Source of the DNA: Methanocaldococcus sp. 28A
Lineage (GTDB): Archaea; AGJL01; Methanococci; Methanococcales; Methanocaldococcaceae
Assembly (NCBI GenBank): GCA_049852185.1
Contig: CP187540.1
DNA length: 64,000 nt
Direction: 5' to 3' (one strand)
A program made the translations under genes and the position numbers. Positions 8,398-19,149 of the stretch are shown here, piece after piece. The notes under the pieces were generated by a model. That model saw only the letters and a list, made by a program, of their open reading frames with translations, was not told where the DNA came from and did not search any database. How positions within the stretch are numbered: the stretch's first letter is position 1; each line of letters starts with the position of its first letter.

Positions 8398-9986
8398 ACT
8401 ACAAGCCCTCTCTCTTTGTCGTATCCATAAATTAATTTAACAACTATCGGTTCTCCAAGAGCAATCTTTTTTGCTATATCAAAGGCTTCCTCTTCATTTT
8501 CAACTTTTAATATTTTTTCAGAATTATTCTTTATTTCAAGAATTTTAACTTTCTCTGATTTATAGAGTTTAAATAATTCTTTTGGATTAACTAAAACTAC
8601 ATCATTTTCAACATCTACAGGTATTAAAAAATCTCTTAAAAATGCATGTCCTTTAGAAATGTGGTCAGATATAAAATTATACATATCAAAACTCCTTGTT
8701 CTAAAGTTTCTAAGTTGGTTAATTAGTTCATTCATTATATTTTTATTTAAATTTGATTCAGCGTCAATTAAAGTTATTCCATGGATTTTATCTATCCACT
8801 GTTGGTAAGTTTTTGGAATTCTTGGATGAATATCTGTATTGCTTTCAAGATATTTCCAAGTTTTTTCAATTTTATCTTTATCATAAGGTATTCCATTAGA
8901 TTTTAGAATAATTATCTTTCCTTCTTTTTCATCATACCTTGCTACTCTCCCAAACCTTTGAATTAATGAATTTGGTGGTGCAATTTCTGTTATCATAACA
9001 TCTGAAGAGATATCAACTCCTGCCTCAATAACTTGAGTTGAGATTATTAAAAACTCATCTTCATTTTTTAATTTTCTTATTTTTTCTACAATACCTTTTC
9101 TATGATTGGATGTCATCTTTCCATGAATTAATACAACATTGTTAAATCTTTCTTCTTTCAATGCCATATCATAGAGTTTTACACACTTTTTTGGAGTATT
9201 AACCACAATAATGTTTCTTTTTCCTTCTTCAGCATATTTTAAATAATCTACAAGGTCATTTTCCTTTGATATGGAAATTTGGAAATCCTTTTTTACTTCT
9301 CTCTTCAGGAATTCATCATTCTCTTCTATTTCATAAATTTTAAATTCATATCTTTCTGGCTTTGCATAACTTTTAAAAAGTTCTTCATATCCTTTTGAAA
9401 GAGTTGCAGTTAATATTAAAATTGGAACATCATTTTCAAGTAAAAAATTTAAAACACAAAGAAAAATACTTTTTAATTTCTCATCCTCTAAGATAAAATG
9501 TGCTTCATCAAAAATAAGCATTGAATTTAATATAGATGCCTGAGTGAAAAAGTCATATCCAAACTCTTTTCTTTCTTTTATTCTACTAAATTTTTTTGTG
9601 TTCAATTTTAAAACATCCCATATAAAAGTATCAATTGTTGTAAAATTTAAAGGAAATAGATGAAAAATTTCTTCGCTAACTCCCATCATCTTTGCCCTTG
9701 AAAACTCAAAAAGTTCCTTTGCAGACATTGATAAATCTTCAACTATTGAACGCATTGGTAAAATATGAAGGACCTTATCAAACTTTTCTGCATTATAAAT
9801 GGAATATAAAGCTAAAGTGTAGCTTAAAGTAGTTTTTCCATAGCCAGTTGGTGCTTTCACGATAAAGAAAGTTTTTTCAGAATTTTCAATATCTTTTAAT
9901 ATTTGTTCAATTAAAGGTCTTCTTTTTGGTTTAAACCCCTTTATTTTCCCAAGTCTTTTAAGAACTAAATCATAATATTCAATCAT
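8394..9986 (-). CDS. cas3': Type I-A Cas3' helicase
   Basis: APTGYGKT, DEAH, TAT, TQVIEAGVD, QRFGRVAR; start at MIEYY behind a GGAGG RBS. Confidence 0.93.
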   Translation of the reverse strand: MIEYYDLVLKRLGKIKGFKPKRRPLIEQILKDIENSEKTFFIVKAPTGYGKTTLSYTLALYSIYNAEKFDKVLHILPMRSIVEDLSMSAKELFEFSRAKMMGVSEEIFHLFPLNFTTIDTFIWDVLKLNTKKFSRIKERKEFGYDFFTQASILNSMLIFDEAHFILEDEKLKSIFLCVLNFLLENDVPILILTATLSKGYEELFKSYAKPERYEFKIYEIEENDEFLKREVKKDFQISISKENDLVDYLKYAEEGKRNIIVVNTPKKCVKLYDMALKEERFNNVVLIHGKMTSNHRKGIVEKIRKLKNEDEFLIISTQVIEAGVDISSDVMITEIAPPNSLIQRFGRVARYDEKEGKIIILKSNGIPYDKDKIEKTWKYLESNTDIHPRIPKTYQQWIDKIHGITLIDAESNLNKNIMNELINQLRNFRTRSFDMYNFISDHISKGHAFLRDFLIPVDVENDVVLVNPKELFKLYKSEKVKILEIKNNSEKILKVENEEEAFDIAKKIALGEPIVVKLIYGYDKERGLVV

Positions 9987-11172
9987 AAAATCCCTCCAAT
10001 ATGGATATAATATTACTCTCTTTGGCAAAGTTTTTGAATATTCTTTCCACATTATGTTTTGATTTACTTTTTCTTTTTGATGAGATAGAATGCCCTTTTC
10101 TAAGTAACAAATAAAGAGTATTTTCTAAAACATCCAAACGTTCAGAGTTTATTGCTCTATATAAATCTTTTACCATAATATAAGCAAGATTTTCGTTATC
10201 CTCACTTATAGGATTTCTATGCTCATATAAAGCTAAATATAAAAGCTCTTCAAGTGGAATTTTATTGTCTGATGATTCAAACATTAAATAACGATTAATT
10301 CTGTTAATGTATTTTTTCATAAATTTCAAACTATTTCTTAAATTAAGTTCTAAAACATATTTTGCAAGATATATGTTATTATCACTAAGTTCAATAACAT
10401 AGAGTGTCACTGGAAATAACTCTAAAGATACTTGCCTTTTTGCAAGTTCCATTGATAATAATAACTCGTAAATTTCTTCACTTTCAAGAGAAAATTTCCT
10501 TTGAATATTAATTTGAGTTAATAACTCTAACTCTCCTAAAATTTTCCCTAACGCATATTTTTCATCTTCTATACCATATTTTACTGCTAAATAGTATCTT
10601 TCAATATCATTTTTTAGCATTAAGTAATATTTCTTCCCAAAGTATCCAGCAAAACATAACAAAAACCCAATAGATAATATACTAAACCATACTGGGTCAA
10701 GATTTATTATGGATTTTCTACCTTTTGTTGGAGTTAAGAATTCACTTGCATATTCATAAAACTCAACTTGCTTTATAATTGCAGGTAAAATTGCATAAAT
10801 TTTCTTATATGGAATTCCAAAATTAATAGAATCTTTTTCTATTTTTATAGTAGTTAAAGATGTTTTTGCATCAATTTTATTTTCTTCTAAGAGTTTTATA
10901 GTTTTTTCAACAATATTAACCATTAAAGATGTATATTCCACTGGAGGATTTGTATTAAACCAGTTTTGATATGTCTTTGTATATGATATTTTATCGTTTC
11001 TTGATAACTTACTTGAACTTATATTTTTGATTTTTTCTTTGAAACTATTTAAATAATTTCTTAAAATTTTCGCTAAAGTAGGATTATCTATTTTATCAAT
11101 ATCAACTCTGGTTATTATTTGAGACAGTCCATGCAATAAAATTTCTTTGGTAAATCCATCTATTGGAATCAT
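9979..11172 (-). CDS. cas8a: Type I-A large subunit Cas8a2 (Csa4-like)
   Basis: Size and position between cas5 and cas3' in a csa5-cas7-cas5 operon; LSRND motif. Confidence 0.75.
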   Translation of the reverse strand: MIPIDGFTKEILLHGLSQIITRVDIDKIDNPTLAKILRNYLNSFKEKIKNISSSKLSRNDKISYTKTYQNWFNTNPPVEYTSLMVNIVEKTIKLLEENKIDAKTSLTTIKIEKDSINFGIPYKKIYAILPAIIKQVEFYEYASEFLTPTKGRKSIINLDPVWFSILSIGFLLCFAGYFGKKYYLMLKNDIERYYLAVKYGIEDEKYALGKILGELELLTQINIQRKFSLESEEIYELLLSMELAKRQVSLELFPVTLYVIELSDNNIYLAKYVLELNLRNSLKFMKKYINRINRYLMFESSDNKIPLEELLYLALYEHRNPISEDNENLAYIMVKDLYRAINSERLDVLENTLYLLLRKGHSISSKRKSKSKHNVERIFKNFAKESNIISILEGFYD

Positions 11173-11891
11173 ACTAAAATCACCTCTTCATCAACATCAA
11201 TAAATCTCAAATCTCCCCTAACTTTTACTTTACCAATTGGATACACAATAATCATCTTCTTTGCATTTGTATAGTTGGTTAATTCCTCTCTCCAATCAAC
11301 TACTGCCTGTAATATCCCTTTTCCATCGTAATCAGTTATATTTTTAAACTCAAAAGAATACTGTGTTTCAACTTCATTTCCTTCTTTAATTTTACCTTTT
11401 CCAACAATAACATTTTCAACTGAAACTACTGATTCCCTTGAACCAATTCTTACAATTCCCCATCCAGCCCTTTCAAAGTCCTTAATTGTATATTCTGAAT
11501 TTTCTAAAATCTCATCATTGAATACATAAGCAATTTTTATTTTGAAGTCCTTTTCTCCATACATTATACTCATTGGCAGAGATGTTATTGCACTATCTAC
11601 TTCTCCCCTATAATATCTATTAATTCTCAATATTGAACCATAGATTACTGGATTTCCTTCAACTTTAACTGCAACAGTCATGAACAAATTCCTCAACATT
11701 TCTGTAGAGCATTTATCCCCATTTATAACTTCTTTACGTAGCCCTTTTACATGAAACAAGGAATAACTTATCGCCCCAATGAGAGATGTTAATGTAGGAT
11801 ACCTAAATGCTGAACGCATCTTACTCTGTGGGGCAGAACGCAAAGCTAAAATACCGCTTGGCTTTGCTTCAATAATTAAAAAGGAAGGCAA
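11169..11891 (-). CDS. cas5: Type I-A Cas5
   Basis: RYPTLTSLIGA and RIGSRES RAMP motifs. Confidence 0.9.
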   Translation of the reverse strand: MPSFLIIEAKPSGILALRSAPQSKMRSAFRYPTLTSLIGAISYSLFHVKGLRKEVINGDKCSTEMLRNLFMTVAVKVEGNPVIYGSILRINRYYRGEVDSAITSLPMSIMYGEKDFKIKIAYVFNDEILENSEYTIKDFERAGWGIVRIGSRESVVSVENVIVGKGKIKEGNEVETQYSFEFKNITDYDGKGILQAVVDWREELTNYTNAKKMIIVYPIGKVKVRGDLRFIDVDEEVILV

Positions 11892-11902
11892 AAGAAATCA
11901 CC

Positions 11903-12853
11903 TCAGATAACATTTTTTTCTCTTGCATAACTAATCATCTCTGCCAAACATTCTTCTGGAGTTTCAATACCATTTTCAATTGTTATGAATTTTGTTTCTT
12001 CGTCAAATATATTTTTGACGACTTCAAGTCTCTTTTTTGTTTTTTCTATATAGTTATCATATATTGGGGATGTTACACTAAATGGATGTTCAGTTATTGC
12101 TATTGCAATGGATGTTATGTTTCCTACAGGGAAAAACCTTGAAAGTTTTGCCCCAAATTGTTGAGATGATAGCATTCTAAATATCTCTTTTAATGAAACC
12201 TCTCTTCTTTTTTTAATGTTTTCTTTATCAACAACACGCTTATTTGTTAAACCACTTATTCCAATTGCATCTAAATCAAGGTTAAAAATAAAACCATATA
12301 ATGCTGTTCCAGTCTCTACATAGTAAATCATCTGTTCAGATGCCCCCTCTTTTTTCTCCCCTCCTGTTTGTGCATGTCTTGCATGTAGTTGTGGTTCTGT
12401 TGTTGCATAAACAGCCATAGATTTTATTGGTAATGCATAACTAAACTGGAATGCAGAGGTTCTTTTTACTGGAGGTTTCTCAGCATACATAAAACCTCCA
12501 ACATCCTCGATAACACAAGATTTTATTATACTTTCTTCTATTTTTTCTCTATTATTTGGTATTGGCTTTATTTTTTTCTCCAAATGTTTTTTATTCATTG
12601 ATTTAAAGAACTCAAATTTTTTACAATCTTCGCAGACTGGGAGATTTAATTTCTTACATTCCTTAACAAGTAATTCCTGATATGCATGTCCTAAACTCTC
12701 CCCACTTATTGCGGGAACATAAATAGTTTTTAATTTTCCATCTTTTTCTATAATATATGGAACTCTTCTATGCTTTGAGTAGTTTCCAACAGTCTCTACC
12801 ATATTCAATGCTTCAACATTAGCCTCAAATCTAACTCCGATACTAATAAACAT
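11903..12853 (-). CDS. cas7: Type I-A Cas7 (Csa2)
   Basis: EALNMVETVGNYSKHR, VPAISGESLGHAYQ, EDVGGF, FGAKLSRF. Confidence 0.95.
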   Translation of the reverse strand: MFISIGVRFEANVEALNMVETVGNYSKHRRVPYIIEKDGKLKTIYVPAISGESLGHAYQELLVKECKKLNLPVCEDCKKFEFFKSMNKKHLEKKIKPIPNNREKIEESIIKSCVIEDVGGFMYAEKPPVKRTSAFQFSYALPIKSMAVYATTEPQLHARHAQTGGEKKEGASEQMIYYVETGTALYGFIFNLDLDAIGISGLTNKRVVDKENIKKRREVSLKEIFRMLSSQQFGAKLSRFFPVGNITSIAIAITEHPFSVTSPIYDNYIEKTKKRLEVVKNIFDEETKFITIENGIETPEECLAEMISYAREKNVI

Positions 12854-13206
12854 TATTCATCACCTCCATATGTCAGTGGAATCGTTAAAGCAAATATAGC
12901 CAATTTTCTTGCATAACTCATATCTTCTTTAACTTTTTTTAAAAAATTCTCAACTTCTTCTGAATTTGGGATATTTGGTAAATAAATAGGCTTATTTGTT
13001 TGCTTATCGTAGATAACTTTTTTACCATCTTCAATTTCTGCACTATTGTGGATTGATTGAAAATCTCTTAAAGCATCTTTTATAGCTACTTCTACGGGCT
13101 CATATGTTAAAGCATTACCAATTCTGTCTATATAACTAAAATTTTTTGTTCTTACAAAGAATCTCAGCATTTTTATTAAACTACTAAAATCTTCTACGAA
13201 CTCCAT
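12853..13206 (-). CDS. csa5: Type I-A small subunit Csa5 (Cas11)
   Basis: YIDRIGNAL motif, 117 aa, first gene of the I-A operon. Confidence 0.88.
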   Translation of the reverse strand: MEFVEDFSSLIKMLRFFVRTKNFSYIDRIGNALTYEPVEVAIKDALRDFQSIHNSAEIEDGKKVIYDKQTNKPIYLPNIPNSEEVENFLKKVKEDMSYARKLAIFALTIPLTYGGDE

Positions 13207-13288
13207 CGTATCACCTCACCATGTATTATAAATGAATGTCATAATATATAAACTTTTTGGTTAATTTGTTTTATTGGAAATTGCAAAG

Positions 13289-13308
13289 TGTTTCATAATT
13301 ATGAAACA
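13289..13308. promoter_or_regulatory. Perfect 20-bp palindrome upstream of the I-A operon promoter (candidate Csa3 operator)
   Basis: TGTTTCATAATTATGAAACA; BRE/TATA CCAAAAAGTTTATATA on the minus strand at 13245-13260. Confidence 0.55.
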
Positions 13309-13456
13309 AAAATAAATATGTGTAATATTGAGAATCAAATTTCTAATTTAACAAAAAAAACAAAAAATATCCGAATATTATGACAAAATAAAGTTTAAAT
13401 TAGAGTTAAAAATATTCATTATATGTTCTAATGAAACACTTTTAGTAATGTTTCAT

Positions 13457-14972
<1,516 letters not shown>

Positions 14973-16964
14973 TTAAAGAATGTCGTCATCCAAAGATATA
15001 TCACTGTATTTTACGAGCAAATCATAAATTTCAATTCTCTTTTTTGAGTATATTGGAGCAAGTAACTCTATCTCTTTACTCAATTCTTCAAAGAAATTTT
15101 TATTTTCAAAGTATTTTTCTTTGAATATTTTCCAACTTTCAAATTTTTGTAAAAATATGTCCCCAATATAATCAGAATACAAAAATTTAAACCATTCTCC
15201 AATATCACTTCCGCCAATAGTTGAAGGAAATTCCCTATCGAGTAAAGAAAAAGTTAAAATTCCTCTAACTATAGTTTCTCTCTTCTCTCTAAAATCTTTA
15301 ATAATAACAGTTCTATTTTTTTTATCAACTTCAACAAAGGCATTATCTAAAATCCACAATAAGTCATATTCTGTCTCTCTTCCATCTTCATAGATAACCT
15401 TCCAAATAACGCTGTCTCCTCTAAACCTTTTGAAAGAATTTTTAATGCTATTCCACCATTTTAATAATTCTTCCTTTATATTTTCTTCAACGATTTCTTC
15501 ATTCTCATCTTTTTCAATTTTCTTTATTTTTTCATTTAGATGATGTAAAACCCAATAATATGGAAACTTATCCCTTAAATTTTCAAGTATTTCTCTTCTT
15601 TGATAAGTTAATTTTTCATTATATTCTTTCATAGAGTTAAGAACACTCCAAAGAACCGCTCCACAAAATTTAGGAACTTTGTCTTTTTTAAATTCTTTAT
15701 CTTCAAAAGCCTTTTTCATCAAATTTACAAATTCATAGTAATCCAATTTTTCTTTTTTAATTCCATTGAAATGTTTCTTTAAGTTATTGTAGGTTTTTGT
15801 TATTATTGTACAGTATATTTTACATTTCTCCATTCTCCTCCCCACTCTTCCAATCCTTTGCATAAAATTCCTAAAATATAATCCTGAATCCATAAAACAT
15901 AGAGAAACTGGATAATTAACTCCAACTTCTGCCTTTGATGTAGTTATTATGACATCAGTTTTGTTTAAAATTTCATCCAAATTTTCATTGCTTTTTTCTC
16001 TTGTTTGTAAGCCAGTATTAACCCAAACCTCTGCATCAATCTCATTTTCAATAATATATTTTATTTTCATGGCATCTCTCAAAGAATTAAAAATAATCAA
16101 AATCTTCTCATTGTTAGAGATTGCTTTTTCTATAATATCCTTTATATCTTCTTTTAATTTCCCATCTTCAACTAAATAACCAAATAAACTCCTTTCAATA
16201 TGTCTTGAAATTTTTATAAACTCAATTTCCATTTCTCCTTGAATAATTCTCCCTTCATTACTCAATGGTTGTTCAATAATTTCAGGGGTAATTCCATTTT
16301 CATATAACAATTCTATTAAATTCTCTTCTGGTGTTGCTGAAACAAAAAACCATTTTATCTGCTTAAATACCTCTTTTGTCATTAGAAACCAAATTAAAAT
16401 ATTTGCTATTTGCTCCTCATCATACAAATGATATTCATCGAAAATAACATAATCTAATGCATTGAAAAACTCTAACCAATCAGAAAATCCCTTTAAATGT
16501 CTAAATTTTTCATTTTTTCTCGGCAGATGATATCCACTATTTATCATATAATTTAGAATGTCTGGATTCGTTACAGCAATTTCGCAATTTTTTAATTTTT
16601 CTATTAATTCTTCTCCTCTTTCTTTTCCCTTTTTCGTTAATGTTTTTCCAGTTATTACCTCAACCTTAATTCCTTGCTCTTTTAATGTCTTTTCAATATC
16701 TTCAGCCAATGCATTTGTCGGAACTACAATTAACCCTCTTTTAGAAGTTAAATAATTGTTGTCCTTTGCATATAAGATAGGAAAAGCAAAAGAAAATGTC
16801 TTTCCTGCACCAGTTGGGGCAACAATAAAATAAACATCGTTCTTTAATTCAGCAATATCTGAATAAAATATCTCTTGAAATTTATGTAATCTAAGATTTC
16901 CTCTAATAACCTTATCTCCAAAAGGCAAACATTTTTTTGAAATCCTTAATTTTAAAGACTCCAT
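14973..16964 (-). CDS. cas3: Type I-D Cas3' helicase (no HD domain)
   Basis: APTGAGKT, TNPDI, FDEYHLY, SATP, EVGVN, QRIGRVGR; downstream of csc1/csc2/cas10d. Confidence 0.9.
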   Translation of the reverse strand: MESLKLRISKKCLPFGDKVIRGNLRLHKFQEIFYSDIAELKNDVYFIVAPTGAGKTFSFAFPILYAKDNNYLTSKRGLIVVPTNALAEDIEKTLKEQGIKVEVITGKTLTKKGKERGEELIEKLKNCEIAVTNPDILNYMINSGYHLPRKNEKFRHLKGFSDWLEFFNALDYVIFDEYHLYDEEQIANILIWFLMTKEVFKQIKWFFVSATPEENLIELLYENGITPEIIEQPLSNEGRIIQGEMEIEFIKISRHIERSLFGYLVEDGKLKEDIKDIIEKAISNNEKILIIFNSLRDAMKIKYIIENEIDAEVWVNTGLQTREKSNENLDEILNKTDVIITTSKAEVGVNYPVSLCFMDSGLYFRNFMQRIGRVGRRMEKCKIYCTIITKTYNNLKKHFNGIKKEKLDYYEFVNLMKKAFEDKEFKKDKVPKFCGAVLWSVLNSMKEYNEKLTYQRREILENLRDKFPYYWVLHHLNEKIKKIEKDENEEIVEENIKEELLKWWNSIKNSFKRFRGDSVIWKVIYEDGRETEYDLLWILDNAFVEVDKKNRTVIIKDFREKRETIVRGILTFSLLDREFPSTIGGSDIGEWFKFLYSDYIGDIFLQKFESWKIFKEKYFENKNFFEELSKEIELLAPIYSKKRIEIYDLLVKYSDISLDDDIL

Positions 16965-16990
16965 AAATATCCCCTAAAAAAAATTAGTTA

Positions 16991-17081
16991 TAGGACTTTC
17001 GCATGAATAAATTTTTATTGAATATAGACACCTATAGGTGTCAAAGTTCCTTATTTAATAATATAAACTGCGAAAGTCCTA
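16991..17081. mobile_element. MITE family B (IS701-type ends)
   Basis: TAGGACTTTCGCA...TGCGAAAGTCCTA, internal palindrome GACACCTATAGGTGTC, 7-bp TSD TTAGTTA. Confidence 0.9.
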
Positions 17082-17714
17082 TTAGTTAGAAAAGATATAT
17101 TCTAAATCTTCAACTTTAAACCCAGTTCCAATAATATAGTGAGAAAGAACAAATCTTAACATCTGAGATTCTCTCAATTTTACATCTTTTCTAAATATTT
17201 TCTTAATTGTGTAGAGATTTAGCCAAATTTCTACAGGTTTTTCCTTTTTTTCTTCAAACAATAAAAGACACTCTCTACCAACCCCCACCCTTAAAGTAAA
17301 TGTTTTTGGAAGTTTAATATCTTCAAAAGTCAATAAAGATGCTTCAAAAACTGAACCTTCTTTTATTCCTTGAATGTGGAAGTAATTTTTAAACAGACCT
17401 TTTCCCATTTGTTCAATAATATCTCTTCTAACCATATAGTCAGATATTTCTGATGTTTTTCTTGCAAATATTGGCGTTTTTTCATAATATATTGGCTTTC
17501 CAATAGTCCAAACAAACCCAAATTCTTTAATCTCATTATAATCGGGTTTATCTTTTACTTGGTAAGTATATTCTCTTTTCTTTGCCATTGCAAAATTTAA
17601 TGCATAATCTAAAGCGATATCTCCAATAAATGGCTCTGTTGATGCAACCCCTCCCTCTGTCTTGTTATAACAAAATAAAGGAGAGAGAAGAGTTATTTTA
17701 TAATGTCTAAGCAT
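17082..17714 (-). CDS. csc1: Type I-D Cas5 (Csc1)
   Basis: FIGDIALDYAL, LRVGVGR; follows csc2. Confidence 0.8.
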   Translation of the reverse strand: MLRHYKITLLSPLFCYNKTEGGVASTEPFIGDIALDYALNFAMAKKREYTYQVKDKPDYNEIKEFGFVWTIGKPIYYEKTPIFARKTSEISDYMVRRDIIEQMGKGLFKNYFHIQGIKEGSVFEASLLTFEDIKLPKTFTLRVGVGRECLLLFEEKKEKPVEIWLNLYTIKKIFRKDVKLRESQMLRFVLSHYIIGTGFKVEDLEYIFSN

Positions 17715-17715
17715 A

Positions 17716-18759
17716 TTAGACACCCATTTCCTCTAATAACTTTTTAATACCATTTTCTTTAATGATTTTACACTCAACTAAATAATTTATACAATCGTTC
17801 AAATGTTTCAAATAAAGTTGCTTCAATTTTTCTTCATCTTTTAAATACTCATTAATTAAGTTTAAGAGCTCATCTAATTTATCATTTTCAATCAATTGAG
17901 AAGACTTTTCTCTTAATTTTTCTTTAACAAACTCTTTTACATTTTCATAAGTTACTTCTCCATTAAACTCTTTTGAGATTAGATAGGATGACACTGGTGG
18001 TTCAAAAGTATCTAATGCTATTGCTATAATCTCATTTTTCATATTTGCATCCATAACATTTGATTGAGCCCCATATCTAGTTGTTTTTAAGTGGGATATT
18101 ATAGCGTGGATAAATCCTTCTGGTGTTATGTCATAGAATGTTATAAACTGTGGGAAATAAACTTCTGGTTTGATATATTGAATCCCAAACAAACTTTGTC
18201 TTTGAGAACCCTCATTTTTATCCCACATTGTTCCCTCTTCACTTAAGGCATTGTGAGTTAGTTCTTCTGTTATTTCATCTTTATCTCTAATTGAATATGC
18301 CCACTCGTAAATAACTCTTGAAGGTAAACCTACAGCTTCATTTGATTGTGTTACGCTATCTCCAAACACTATGGAGTTTGGATTTGCTAAATATTCTGAT
18401 TTTTTTATGAAGTTGTATTCAACCTCTGGATGAACTACTTTAAATTTTCTACATAATACTAATCCTGTCAATTTTTCTTTTGATTTTAATTTTCTTGAAG
18501 GAATTACTACAACGTCTTTATTTCCTATTGTTGTGCTTATAACTTCATCTGGCTCAGTTGAACGATTAATTAAATAACCAGTTGTAGTTCTTATTGTCGC
18601 TACTTTTATTACATTTGGAGTTCTTTTCGTGTATATATCTTGGAAATACTCTTTTGGGATTATTGAATAGAGTTTTTCTCTAAACTCATTAACAACATTC
18701 TCATCATACTCAACATATTTTTTGTATCCATTTTCAACCAATTTCTTTTGCTTTGCCAT
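17716..18759 (-). CDS. csc2: Type I-D Cas7 (Csc2)
   Basis: SRKLKSKEKLTG, IVFGDS, SRVIYEWAYS, THNA, TTRYGA. Confidence 0.9.
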   Translation of the reverse strand: MAKQKKLVENGYKKYVEYDENVVNEFREKLYSIIPKEYFQDIYTKRTPNVIKVATIRTTTGYLINRSTEPDEVISTTIGNKDVVVIPSRKLKSKEKLTGLVLCRKFKVVHPEVEYNFIKKSEYLANPNSIVFGDSVTQSNEAVGLPSRVIYEWAYSIRDKDEITEELTHNALSEEGTMWDKNEGSQRQSLFGIQYIKPEVYFPQFITFYDITPEGFIHAIISHLKTTRYGAQSNVMDANMKNEIIAIALDTFEPPVSSYLISKEFNGEVTYENVKEFVKEKLREKSSQLIENDKLDELLNLINEYLKDEEKLKQLYLKHLNDCINYLVECKIIKENGIKKLLEEMGV

Positions 18760-18774
18760 TGTTATCACCCCATT

Positions 18775-19149
18775 TTATTGATTTTCTTCTTGATAAGTTC
18801 TTACATTTCTTTTTTCTTTTGATTTTGTATCATAGTGGTATGCAAATGCGTATATCCAGTATCTAAGTTCTTTTTTTGAAGGAATTTTCCCTCTCCACAA
18901 TCCTTTAAACAACTCATCATACAACACATTGCAAAATTCCTCAATTTTTTCTTTTTTGCTTGGATATGGATACTTCTTATAAAGTATTCCAGCCATCATG
19001 GATTTTATCTCTTCATCACCATATCCCCTCTTTACTCCAGTTTTTAGCACATCTAAAGTCTCTCTAATCATTGACGTCTTTGATGATGCACTACCCTTGG
19101 CCCACTCTATATCTGAAGCAATATCTGCTAATTTTTCAATAATGTTCAT
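18775..19149 (-). CDS. cas11d: Putative Cas11d small subunit from internal in-frame start in cas10d (124 aa)
   Basis: GGGGTG RBS then GAAAAAATG (MNIIEKLA...), in frame with cas10d. Confidence 0.7.
   Translation of the reverse strand: MNIIEKLADIASDIEWAKGSASSKTSMIRETLDVLKTGVKRGYGDEEIKSMMAGILYKKYPYPSKKEKIEEFCNVLYDELFKGLWRGKIPSKKELRYWIYAFAYHYDTKSKEKRNVRTYQEENQ

Noticed and set aside
13270-13440. Possible mini-CRISPR (CreTA/CreR-like) from two ATGAAAC ends between csa5 and cas1
   Set aside because: Similarity to the repeat is limited to GAAAC, spacing of 130 nt is too long, and the sites are better explained as palindrome half-sites.
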